Origin: a virus
Reading direction: 5' to 3' (one strand)
Length of the DNA: 64,000 bases
Virus record (IMG/VR): IMGVR_UViG_3300002835_000026
The notes under the pieces were generated by a model. That model made no database searches and was not told where the DNA came from. It saw only the letters and a list, made by a program, of their open reading frames with translations. The position numbers and the translations under genes were made by a program. Shown in pieces: positions 53,695 to 62,917 of the stretch (the first letter of the stretch is position 1; every line of letters starts with the position of its first letter).

Positions 53695-56501
53695 TAGTTA
53701 TAAACTCCTTCTCCTATTTTTAGGTAAATATCTAAAGCATAACCAATTCGTTGAGCTAGTCCTTGAACGTTAGATCGTTCATATTTTGCTTCAACTACTT
53801 TTGCTGCTTGTACAACACCTGGGATACCAGTAGTTGTTACTTTTTTAAGTTCTCTTTTAGCTGCTCCTTCTACACCATTTAATTCATAAAGAACAAAGTA
53901 TAATTGAGTATTTAATCTTGTATAATCTTTTCCATTAATAGAAAGTGGTACTAATTCAAAATTTTCTAATTGTTCTTTTCTATATCCTAACCATTGAGCT
54001 ATACCAAGTGTATCTCCACCTCTAGTAGCTAATGGTTTCATTCCTGATTCTAATATAAAATTACCTATTAAACCTGCTATTTGTTCATTTGTATAACCGG
54101 CTATTCTAAAAACTTGATATGCTCGTTTAATAGCTACTTGATCAAAATCTTGTGTTTCTAAAATTATAGGAATTCCTCCAGCATTAAATGGTAATGGTTT
54201 ATTTGTTATTTTAGGTAATGATAAAGATTCAATAGTTGTTTTCCATTTATTATTTTGAATAGTATGATTTATTCCTTTAATAAGGAATGTCATTTCTCTA
54301 TCATAATTTGAAGGTAAATATTTAGTATCAACTGTAAATTCTTGATAAATTTTCATACCAGACATACCAGTCATTTCTAATGATACATTAATAGGGATAA
54401 ATCCTGTTGATGTTGAAGCCGAACTTGTAAATTCAGCCATTACATTTTGTTGGTAATTTATAAATGAGTTTAATGTTGATTGATAAGTGCTAAAATTATC
54501 TTCATTCCATTGTGGTGGATTATTATTATCCGCCATATTCATACTTTGTACAAATTCAACATATCTTTGAGATGCAAGTTTATATTGATCAAGAAATGAA
54601 GAAGTAGCAGTTGTAGGTACAATTTTAGGATCTTCATATTTTTCAATATAACTACTAGTTAAACCAGAGTTTATTCTAGATAAAGCGGTAGCATCTTCTC
54701 CTACTACTTTAGCTCTTGCTGCTGCTCCAATAGTAATCATACTAGCAAACTGAGGTGTTAATTCAGTTTTCATTGTCATATCTGTTATAAAACCTGCTGA
54801 ACCTGATCCATTTGGATTATATCCATATATTTCAAATTTACCAGGAGTTGTACTAGTTTGAGTTTTATAACGTTCATTAAATTTATCTATAACTGAGTTC
54901 TTTTTATATAATAAATTTTGATCTATAAATTTAATAACATTTGTTTCTTCATCTATAATAGGAACTATATTATTAATACCACCTAAACTATCACTAATAG
55001 TTTTACCTAATGCTTGTAAGAAATCAATTAATAATACTTTAGATCCTGGAGTTATTCGTAATTCATCTAATTTAGTTTCTATAAATGTATAATTTAAGTA
55101 AACATTCATAAGTTTACCATATTCACTAACACCATCAATAGATTCTATAAAATCAGCACATTTTTCATCTAATACTTGAACATCTAAATCAGGTATTTCT
55201 TTTTTAATTAGTACATATTTAGGATTTGTACTTATTTGATAATCTAAATAATTTATTAAATTAGAATCAACATCATAATCAATTTTAATTGCTTTAATAT
55301 CATTAATAGTAGGTATAACATCTCCTTGTATTATTCTTAAAAGTGCTCCAAAACGAACATAATAATTAGGTGTACTGTCTTTCCAATTAACTTTAACTAT
55401 ATCTCGTAATTTATTATCACTTAAATAAGTAGGAATACTATAAACATTATCTGTGTTACGTTGAATATCTTTAGTTACTCTATTATTTAATTCATTTTTT
55501 AATGAATATAATCTAAAATTAATATTACTTTTAAAAGCTTCAGGCTGTAATGTATTTGCTTCAATATTTTCACCTACTATAGCTTCTCCTGCCGCGTATT
55601 CAATAGCAAGTAATCCAGGATTAGTTATAGCTTTTATATTTCTAAATAAACCATCTATAAATGTACTTGTTTCTTTTTTATAAGCTTCAACAGCTGAGTC
55701 AGTAGGTACTGTTGCGTCAGTATCAGAAGTAAAAACATTCACTTTAAGTGATTCTATAATATCACCCACACTTCTAATTGTTATGACTATATCATAACTT
55801 CCGTCATTATTAAAATTCCAACTAAAATTAACTACTTTACCAAATAAAGCATCATAATTACCAAAACCTTCAAGACGTTTTTTTACTATTAAAGATAACA
55901 TACTATCTATGCTATTTTTTTTATTAAAAAACTCACTTTCTAAAGATATTGGATCTTTTATTACATCTCCTTTATTATTAGCATAAAATGTATGACCCCA
56001 CTCTAATAAAACATAAAATCCTAAACGTAAATATAAAGTTTCAATTATTTCAAATTGAGCTCTATCCCAACATTTAATATTAACCGTAGCTGTTTTTAAT
56101 GAACCTATGTTTTCAGTTTTAATATTAGCAGTTGTTATACCAGGCATTGGTCTTAAACCAAACTCTCCTGCTCCCCAACCATAAGCATAATTATTAAACA
56201 CAGTAGGTTTACCTGTTGGAATACCACTTTTTAATCCTTTAACACCACCAAATAATATTGCTTTTTTTGCTAAATTTTGTCCAGTTTCATTTAAAGTAGC
56301 TACAAATGGACTATTTAATTTTTTTGGATCCGCTATTTCAACAGATGACATTAATTGTACAAATGATGTATCAGAAGTAGCGTAGGTTATAAGTTCAGGA
56401 GTTCTTGGATTGTTAGAATTGTATCCAGCCGCGTAAAGTTTTTGGCGGACACCTATTTGATCTAATATAACTTGATTAAAACCTTCACCTAATATATCCA
56501 T
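53694..56501 (-). CDS. baseplate hub-like protein with C-terminal phage tail lysozyme domain
   Basis: RPMPGIT, LLEWG, NFSW; C-terminal IAGLIGNFILESG, GIAQW, QL.F..EL, YER. Confidence 0.8.
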   Translation of the reverse strand: MDILGEGFNQVILDQIGVRQKLYAAGYNSNNPRTPELITYATSDTSFVQLMSSVEIADPKKLNSPFVATLNETGQNLAKKAILFGGVKGLKSGIPTGKPTVFNNYAYGWGAGEFGLRPMPGITTANIKTENIGSLKTATVNIKCWDRAQFEIIETLYLRLGFYVLLEWGHTFYANNKGDVIKDPISLESEFFNKKNSIDSMLSLIVKKRLEGFGNYDALFGKVVNFSWNFNNDGSYDIVITIRSVGDIIESLKVNVFTSDTDATVPTDSAVEAYKKETSTFIDGLFRNIKAITNPGLLAIEYAAGEAIVGENIEANTLQPEAFKSNINFRLYSLKNELNNRVTKDIQRNTDNVYSIPTYLSDNKLRDIVKVNWKDSTPNYYVRFGALLRIIQGDVIPTINDIKAIKIDYDVDSNLINYLDYQISTNPKYVLIKKEIPDLDVQVLDEKCADFIESIDGVSEYGKLMNVYLNYTFIETKLDELRITPGSKVLLIDFLQALGKTISDSLGGINNIVPIIDEETNVIKFIDQNLLYKKNSVIDKFNERYKTQTSTTPGKFEIYGYNPNGSGSAGFITDMTMKTELTPQFASMITIGAAARAKVVGEDATALSRINSGLTSSYIEKYEDPKIVPTTATSSFLDQYKLASQRYVEFVQSMNMADNNNPPQWNEDNFSTYQSTLNSFINYQQNVMAEFTSSASTSTGFIPINVSLEMTGMSGMKIYQEFTVDTKYLPSNYDREMTFLIKGINHTIQNNKWKTTIESLSLPKITNKPLPFNAGGIPIILETQDFDQVAIKRAYQVFRIAGYTNEQIAGLIGNFILESGMKPLATRGGDTLGIAQWLGYRKEQLENFELVPLSINGKDYTRLNTQLYFVLYELNGVEGAAKRELKKVTTTGIPGVVQAAKVVEAKYERSNVQGLAQRIGYALDIYLKIGEGVYN

Positions 56502-56502
56502 A

Positions 56503-56799
56503 TTAACTATTTATAACGTTGTACGCATCAACTACACTTGATGGGTTTGCTGGTATTCTTAATTGTATTCCTGATGGTATTAATAAACTACCTAAAGTAA
56601 CTTGTGGGTTACCAATTGCTATTATCCACCATAAAGAACTATCTTGATAAAAATCTTGTGCTAATACATCAAAACGATCTCCTTGCTGAGTATAAACATA
56701 TATATCATCAGCTGATAAAGGAATTTCTGGGTAGCGTACTGTTACATATACTACTTTTCCATTAATTTTTGTTTGAGGTATTCTAGCGTATCTATTCAT
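56503..56799 (-). CDS. LysM-like baseplate wedge protein
   Basis: GDRFDVLAQDFYQDSSLWWIIAIGN..LRIP. Confidence 0.85.
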   Translation of the reverse strand: MNRYARIPQTKINGKVVYVTVRYPEIPLSADDIYVYTQQGDRFDVLAQDFYQDSSLWWIIAIGNPQVTLGSLLIPSGIQLRIPANPSSVVDAYNVINS

Positions 56800-56800
56800 T

Positions 56801-58606
56801 TTATAATCCTTGTAATTCTGTTAAATCATCTTCCTCACCAGGATCTCCTAGTAAAGGAGCAGAATCATAATTATTATTATCTCCAGTTGACAAAGCTATA
56901 AATCTTTGATCACCAAATGTTGTAACATTATTAGCGTAATAATTTACACCTTTAATAGTATTTAATAATTCACCTGGATTTCCTTTAATTCCATAATCAT
57001 TATCTTGTTTTTGTGGAGCAAAAGTATGTATTGGAGTGAAGTTAAATCCTGATACTCTAATCATATGGGGTAATTCTTTAACAGATGGATCACTTCCTCC
57101 AAAATCATTAATTCCTATTTCCCAAGGTGATTCTGACGGTACATCATAAGTTAAACTGGTTATAAAACCTGGTTGAGAATATAAATATCCTCCTACAGTA
57201 AGCCTAACTAAAGTACCAGACATGTATCCTTTTTCATTATATGTAGGGGCTAAAGATGAAGCTAAATAATTTAATTTTTGATACATTGGAATAAGTTCAT
57301 CTTTTGATTGAGCAGCTACAGTCCAAGACATATTTATTGTTCTATCAAAATTATTATACGTGTAAAATTTTTCACCTCTACCTATGTATTGAGTATCAGA
57401 CCAATTAGCTGTATAATTATCTGAAAATGAATCTATAAATGCTCTAAAATGTATAAATGTACCAAATGCTGGCGCATTATTATCTATAACTTCAATTCTA
57501 AATTTACATAAATCATTAGTTCCAGCAGGATCTACAAATTGAGAACGATATAATGGTTTAGCATTGATTTTATCTAAAGCACCTAATTTATTTTGAGTTA
57601 TAGGATCAAGAGCTCCAGCAGTATATGAAATAATATTTTTATCTCGTCTTCCTGGATTACCTAAAAATACTCTATTTTCTATACTTTCATCAGTATAATC
57701 AGGAGATATAGATAATATATTTGAGTTTTTAATTCCTTTTCTTAAGTGTTTTCTAAAATCAACTAATCTAGTGACTGTTTTAGTTTGGTATGTTTGTTGT
57801 GATTCAAGTGCTAATGCTGGATCAGCAACTATAACTTTAGGGCCCCCACCAGGTAATATACCATAAAATTGATTACGATTATCAATATATAAAGGATTAT
57901 TAATACCTGTTCTAAATCTACCAGCTGATGCAAACTTTATAGATGTAGATCCTATACCTAAAGTAGATCCAGGTCCTCCTCTATAATTTAATATTTCTGT
58001 TCCAAAGGGTGATATTCCGGTTGATGGATTAACAGAAATTGAATTTGTTATTTTTGAATCTTTTAATAAAATTAATCTATTTGTACTTTTTGCTGTAATT
58101 CCTATTATAACTTCATTATCATTATATTGAGGAGAAAAATAACCATCGGGCAATAAACCTTGTTTATTAAAATGAGCACCAGCTACTGATAGTCCTACCT
58201 GTGCTAATGTATTAGTAGGCAAATATGGACCATTATTTGGTTGTATTTGAGGAGTAGGAATATTTGATGCTTGTGTTCTAACATTTGTTTGAGATAAAAC
58301 ATTTTGTTTAGCTATAAAAAGTAAACCTGGTGTAGTTGTAAAAAATTTAGCTAAACGTTCTACATCTGTTGCAGAACGAGCTATAACTAAACCATTAGTA
58401 TTAAAAGTAGCTGAGGCTCCTGGGATTGGAGTAACTATAAATGGTTGTCTACTTGCTCCACCACCAGGAGAATCTTTACCGTATTTAAGAGTTAGCAGAG
58501 GCTCTACCCCATTTACACCACCTGTATAAACGTTTGGTGTAGGATAACCTGCCCCTCCGTAGAATTTAAATCTCTCAGGGTTAATAAAGATATCTTTTAA
58601 GCCCAT
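56801..58606 (-). CDS. tail tube initiator/baseplate protein
   Basis: FRAFIDSFSD..W..YIGRGE..Y..FDR, LTVG, PGFI; position after the tape measure gene. Confidence 0.7.
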   Translation of the reverse strand: MGLKDIFINPERFKFYGGAGYPTPNVYTGGVNGVEPLLTLKYGKDSPGGGASRQPFIVTPIPGASATFNTNGLVIARSATDVERLAKFFTTTPGLLFIAKQNVLSQTNVRTQASNIPTPQIQPNNGPYLPTNTLAQVGLSVAGAHFNKQGLLPDGYFSPQYNDNEVIIGITAKSTNRLILLKDSKITNSISVNPSTGISPFGTEILNYRGGPGSTLGIGSTSIKFASAGRFRTGINNPLYIDNRNQFYGILPGGGPKVIVADPALALESQQTYQTKTVTRLVDFRKHLRKGIKNSNILSISPDYTDESIENRVFLGNPGRRDKNIISYTAGALDPITQNKLGALDKINAKPLYRSQFVDPAGTNDLCKFRIEVIDNNAPAFGTFIHFRAFIDSFSDNYTANWSDTQYIGRGEKFYTYNNFDRTINMSWTVAAQSKDELIPMYQKLNYLASSLAPTYNEKGYMSGTLVRLTVGGYLYSQPGFITSLTYDVPSESPWEIGINDFGGSDPSVKELPHMIRVSGFNFTPIHTFAPQKQDNDYGIKGNPGELLNTIKGVNYYANNVTTFGDQRFIALSTGDNNNYDSAPLLGDPGEEDDLTELQGL

Positions 58607-58875
58607 TACGCTGGTTTAACGTCTACGTATTTTTGTGCTGGAGTTTTGATGTCAAGGTTTGATGGTTGAGGTAATGTATTTAATACTCCGTCATCGTACT
58701 TATTGTAATCACGTGTTACAGTTGAGTTAAAAGCACCATTTAATGAGTAGCCTGGAGCTTCTCCAAATGCATGCATTTTTGATTCTTTAGTTGCTAATGG
58801 ATTAACAGGTGGTGTATTACCTCCATATTTACTTTGGTTTGAACCTTGTTTTCTTAATCTATCTAATAAGCTCAT
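58606..58875 (-). CDS. hypothetical structural-module protein
   Basis: 89 aa in the tail operon. Confidence 0.7.
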   Translation of the reverse strand: MSLLDRLRKQGSNQSKYGGNTPPVNPLATKESKMHAFGEAPGYSLNGAFNSTVTRDYNKYDDGVLNTLPQPSNLDIKTPAQKYVDVKPA

Positions 58876-58897
58876 AGTTTTATGTTTTTAATTTTGT

Positions 58898-58906
58898 TAT
58901 AAATAT
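58898..58906 (-). promoter_or_regulatory. putative late promoter ATATTTATA
   Basis: Intergenic, upstream of ATG 58875. Confidence 0.5.
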
Positions 58907-58911
58907 TAATA

Positions 58912-61227
58912 TTATGTTACTTTATATGTACCCATACCAAATGCAGTGCCTCCTCTAGTAGTGTCAAATAATGCGACTCCTTCTTTATTTAATATAGCAT
59001 TTAATGTAGCATTCATTTTTTCCATATGGTTTAACATAGGAATATCAGTTGATGATGAAGATGAACTTCCTCCTAAATTAGTACCTGCTATAACAGTATC
59101 ATTGCGATCTAAACTATATGTACCTTTTCTACCTGATACCATTAAACCACCGTCTGGAGATATTTGACCATCATCTATTTTAACAGATGATTTAGCTGAA
59201 TTCATAGCCATTACACCAGCTGCTATACCTCCAGCAATTGCTAATGCTCCTACACCTACAGTCATAGCACTACTTAAGCTTATTGCAGCTAACGCGTTGC
59301 CTATCATTGGTCCAAGTAAAGCTAATGCTGATCCAGTTGCTCTAAGTAATCCAGGTACTAAAGATAAAGTCACTGCTGTTCCTGCTATTGTTAATGCAGT
59401 TGCTATACCTGATACTAAAGGACCCATTTCTGCGAATACATCTGAAAATTTTTTAGCAGGATCAAAAAGAGCATGCATAATTTCTTTTACACCTTGAAGC
59501 GTTTTAGCTATTGGAATTAAAATATTACTTAATAAATCAGCAAGAGGTGATACTATTAATAATATAGGTTCAGCTAATGCTACAAATAATTCTTTTAATT
59601 TTTCTATTGTTTGACTAAAACGATCGGCAGCTGATTGTTGAGCAAATTGGTTTGCTAATTGTTCACTACCTAACTGTGCTTTAGCTTCTTCTAAACTTGT
59701 TTGTTTAACTAAATTATTAAATTTTTCTTGAGCTGTTTTACCATCAACTTCTGATAGTTTAGCTAGTGCTTCTCTATCCATTAAAGATTGAGCTAATTCA
59801 TCTTTAGTTAACCCAGCTGCATCAGCGATCGCTTGCTGTTGAATTCTATTCATATTAGCGAAATCAGCAGATGTACCTACTTGTTTTGCTATTTCTTCAG
59901 CTGCTCCTGCTATATCATTATTTAAAGCTAAAAATCTTGCTCTTTCAAAGTTAAGATTTTTACCTGTTAATAATTCAGCTTCTAACTCACTAGATATTGA
60001 ACTTTCAAAATTTAATAACCCTGAAGCTATTTTATCAGCTTGTTCTAAATTTAAACCATATTGCTTAGCTTTTACTACAGCTTCAGCTAATGCCGCTGTT
60101 CCTCCTTTTAATGATACTTTAATAGAAGCTGATGTTTTAGATACTTCTCTTAAAACATCCTTTTCATTAATCACTAATTTATTTTGAGCCGCGTAAGCTT
60201 CTGCTGCTCCTAATAGTTCAGATGTATTATCTTCTAATGTTTTACCATTAACTAAAGATATTTTTTGAATACCTATTAACTCATCATTAGTATAACCTGC
60301 TTGTTCTCTTAATTTAGTAAAGGTAATTAAATCTTCTTCATTTAACATTGCGTTAGTACCTAAAGATTTACCTACAGCTATTAAGCTTTCTTGTAATCTA
60401 TTAGTATTAACAGCTGATTCTCCTGATAGAGCAGCTACACTAGTTAATTCATCTCGTATATGTAATGCTTCGTAATAACTAACATTAAATGATTTAGCTA
60501 AAATTCCTGACTCTTTGTCTACTTCTTTAAGAGCATGAAGTAATTGTTCAATACCTATAGCTAATAAAGCAGCAGGATCAAGAGATTTAGCTAAATTTTT
60601 TCCTAGTTCTTTTGCTAAATGTTTAGAAGCTTCAAGATTAGTTACATTACCTTTACTTGCTCCTACCATTGCTTTAGTAGAAGCTAAAGCTTTATCTATA
60701 CCTAAATGAGTACTTAAAGCACCTAAACCTGCTTTTTGCAATCCTTTACTAAGACCTTCAGCGGCAGCTCCTAAGCTACCCATTGATTTTTGTATTTTAT
60801 CTGCTATTACAGCTTGTTCTTCAAGTTCTTTATATACTTCAGCTTCAACTAATTTAGCTGCGTTTAAGTCTTTTAATAATGCTTCTTTATTTATTGAAGT
60901 ACTACGAGAAGCTATTTCAATTTGTCTTTCAATAGATAAAATTTTAAGTTGTCTAGCTTCAATTTGTTTAGTGATATCAGCTCTAGTTAAATCTCCTTTA
61001 TTTAATTTAGCTTGGTTTTTTTCAATTATATCAGTAGTTCGAGCTAATGCATTTACACCACCTTTTATATCATTAAATAATGTTTTACTGTATGAACTAG
61101 TTCTATCAATAGCATTTTTAAAAATCTCACCCATTTGATCAGCAATAGATCGTAACGCGTCTTCAACTATAATTGAAGTTTCGTTAAGTGTACTTTTTAT
61201 TTCTGCCTCTGCTTTATTCTTAGCCAT
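58912..61227 (-). CDS. tail tape measure protein
   Basis: Ala/Leu-rich helical protein with C-terminal hydrophobic stretch, downstream of tube and chaperone genes. Confidence 0.85.
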   Translation of the reverse strand: MAKNKAEAEIKSTLNETSIIVEDALRSIADQMGEIFKNAIDRTSSYSKTLFNDIKGGVNALARTTDIIEKNQAKLNKGDLTRADITKQIEARQLKILSIERQIEIASRSTSINKEALLKDLNAAKLVEAEVYKELEEQAVIADKIQKSMGSLGAAAEGLSKGLQKAGLGALSTHLGIDKALASTKAMVGASKGNVTNLEASKHLAKELGKNLAKSLDPAALLAIGIEQLLHALKEVDKESGILAKSFNVSYYEALHIRDELTSVAALSGESAVNTNRLQESLIAVGKSLGTNAMLNEEDLITFTKLREQAGYTNDELIGIQKISLVNGKTLEDNTSELLGAAEAYAAQNKLVINEKDVLREVSKTSASIKVSLKGGTAALAEAVVKAKQYGLNLEQADKIASGLLNFESSISSELEAELLTGKNLNFERARFLALNNDIAGAAEEIAKQVGTSADFANMNRIQQQAIADAAGLTKDELAQSLMDREALAKLSEVDGKTAQEKFNNLVKQTSLEEAKAQLGSEQLANQFAQQSAADRFSQTIEKLKELFVALAEPILLIVSPLADLLSNILIPIAKTLQGVKEIMHALFDPAKKFSDVFAEMGPLVSGIATALTIAGTAVTLSLVPGLLRATGSALALLGPMIGNALAAISLSSAMTVGVGALAIAGGIAAGVMAMNSAKSSVKIDDGQISPDGGLMVSGRKGTYSLDRNDTVIAGTNLGGSSSSSSTDIPMLNHMEKMNATLNAILNKEGVALFDTTRGGTAFGMGTYKVT

Positions 61228-61240
61228 TTAGATATTTTGT

Positions 61241-61249
61241 TATAAATAT
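61241..61249 (-). promoter_or_regulatory. putative late promoter ATATTTATA
   Basis: Upstream of the tape measure gene. Confidence 0.5.
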
Positions 61250-61250
61250 T

Positions 61251-61277
61251 AAAGGCACCTATTTTCTAGATGCCTTT
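61251..61277 (-). terminator. hairpin over the chaperone-extension stop codon
   Basis: AAAGGCATCTA-GAAAA-TAGGTGCCTTT. Confidence 0.55.
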
Positions 61278-61547
61278 GTACTATAAGTTGGTTGATTTGA
61301 TGCTTGTAATTTTTGTTTAGCTGATTTAGGGTCAGCAAAATCAATATTATTTTTATTTTTTGATGTATTATTATAAGCGTCTGATTCTTTTTGTCTTTGA
61401 TCTGCTATAAAGTTAAATGTTAATTTTCTTAACCAAATAGGCATATCATATACTGTGTGATAATCATATCCACCGTTACCATAATAACATATATCATGGA
61501 TAACTTTAAATAATTGAAATCTGTATTCGTTACTCAGGCCAAAAAAA
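61259..61547 (-). CDS. tail assembly chaperone C-terminal extension (gp51/GT-like), probably reached by frameshift
   Basis: Overlapping +1 frame entered at the T7 run; YDMPIWLRK motif. Confidence 0.65.
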
Positions 61548-62270
61548 CGTAATAGTGATAGGAATGTTGATGACCTCCGATTCACCATCTGAATTAATGT
61601 AATTTGCTGTTAATTCAATATCGGGTTGTGTTTTTTTAAGATGTTCTCTAAAATCTTTAGAATCTCTAGCTAATAAATAATTATCAACAAATTCTCTAAT
61701 TGTTTTTTTATCTGTATTTCCACCAACTGATAAAATCATATATTTTAATCTAGTTGATAATTCAGCAGATGAATTTTTATCAATTTTTTTCAATCCATCT
61801 AATTCAGCTTGAACTTCTTTTTCATCTTTACCTGTTAATAACTTATATGTTATTTCAGTTTTTGAATGAGGAAATGTATAACTAAAATTATTTGTACCTG
61901 GAGTGTGTGTTAATTCATCTAAATAACGAGTTGGGCATTCAGTTAAGTCTACTGTTACTGTTTCTTCACCCATTTTAAAACTATAATCTTTACCGTATCC
62001 TAAAATACGAGAAGCAATCATAATAGCATTTTTATCACCTACAATTAACTCATCATAATTAATCTTAGATACAATTAATGATTGTAATAATTTGTCTAAA
62101 ACTACACCTTGTTTGATATAATTCTGGTTAGTTAATATATCCTCTTCTTTCGCCGTCATATATTTCATTTCGACTTTACCGCTTGATAACGGATTATCTG
62201 CGGGGTATATTAAACCTTTTGATGGTAAATCCACCATCTCTGTTGGGAATTTGAACTTGTTGTCTTCCAT
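61530..62270 (-). CDS. tail/baseplate hub assembly chaperone (gp26-like)
   Basis: VDLPSKG..Y, MTAKEEDIL, GDKNAI..SRILGYG, C-terminal FFWP. Confidence 0.82.
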   Translation of the reverse strand: MEDNKFKFPTEMVDLPSKGLIYPADNPLSSGKVEMKYMTAKEEDILTNQNYIKQGVVLDKLLQSLIVSKINYDELIVGDKNAIMIASRILGYGKDYSFKMGEETVTVDLTECPTRYLDELTHTPGTNNFSYTFPHSKTEITYKLLTGKDEKEVQAELDGLKKIDKNSSAELSTRLKYMILSVGGNTDKKTIREFVDNYLLARDSKDFREHLKKTQPDIELTANYINSDGESEVINIPITITFFWPE

Positions 62271-62302
62271 AAATTTGATTTGTTTATAACTATGTTTATA
62301 TA

Positions 62303-62311
62303 TATAAATAT
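62303..62311 (-). promoter_or_regulatory. putative late promoter ATATTTATA
   Basis: Just after the terminator, upstream of ATG 62270. Confidence 0.5.
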
Positions 62312-62316
62312 ATGAG

Positions 62317-62345
62317 AAAAAAAGAAGCTCGCTAAAAGGCGAGCC
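62317..62345 (-). terminator. intrinsic terminator after the tail tube gene
   Basis: GCTCGC-CTTTTA-GCGAGC followed by TTCTTTTTTT. Confidence 0.8.
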
Positions 62346-62376
62346 ATCTTAATCCTGTATTTCGGGAGGGGGAGGT

Positions 62377-62865
62377 TTAGAAATTTAAAATACAATAATC
62401 TGGTTGTATAGTTAATGCAATATTTTGTGCTGTTGAATCTGTATCCCAGTTGTAATCACCAAAGTTAGCTGATGTAATTAAAGCACCTTTGATAATCCAT
62501 TCTGAAACAATATCACCTACTGGTCCTAATACGTCTAATGTTAAGTCTTTCTTATAAAAATCACTATAACCATCTCTACCAGTTACTGATTCGTGATGTA
62601 AACGTACCCATTCCATTACCGCCTGAGCTCCTGAAGGAGTGATTGGGTCAAATAATGTCATTTGAATTTCACCCCATTTGCTTTTACCTTTTACAAAACG
62701 TTGAACGTTAATGTGATTTAAAGCTACTGCGTCTTGGGTTAAATTTACACCTGCAACTCCTTTAATAATATACGCTGGAATACCATCCATGTATAAAATG
62801 AAACGGTTCTGTTGTTTCGGTTCGAACGCTGTGAAAAATATTTCGTTTGGATCTAATACTGCCAT
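62377..62865 (-). CDS. tail tube protein (gp19-like)
   Basis: FEPKQQNRF, KGKSKW..I..TLFDPI, YKKD, EW.I.GA; follows the sheath gene. Confidence 0.9.
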   Translation of the reverse strand: MAVLDPNEIFFTAFEPKQQNRFILYMDGIPAYIIKGVAGVNLTQDAVALNHINVQRFVKGKSKWGEIQMTLFDPITPSGAQAVMEWVRLHHESVTGRDGYSDFYKKDLTLDVLGPVGDIVSEWIIKGALITSANFGDYNWDTDSTAQNIALTIQPDYCILNF

Positions 62866-62893
62866 GTTTATTTTTTTGTTATTTATTCTTTAT

Positions 62894-62902
62894 TATAAAT
62901 AT
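62894..62902 (-). promoter_or_regulatory. putative late promoter ATATTTATA
   Basis: Upstream of the tail tube gene. Confidence 0.5.
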
Positions 62903-62917
62903 TATTTAATTTAATCC

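Noticed and set aside
62210-62395. 61 aa ORF bridging the tube and chaperone genes
   Set aside because: It spans a terminator and a late motif and has low-complexity sequence.
58898-62902. Plus-strand TATAAATA as canonical T4 gp55 late promoters
   Set aside because: In that orientation they would fire antisense to every gene; the minus-strand reading ATATTTAT upstream of start codons is more parsimonious.
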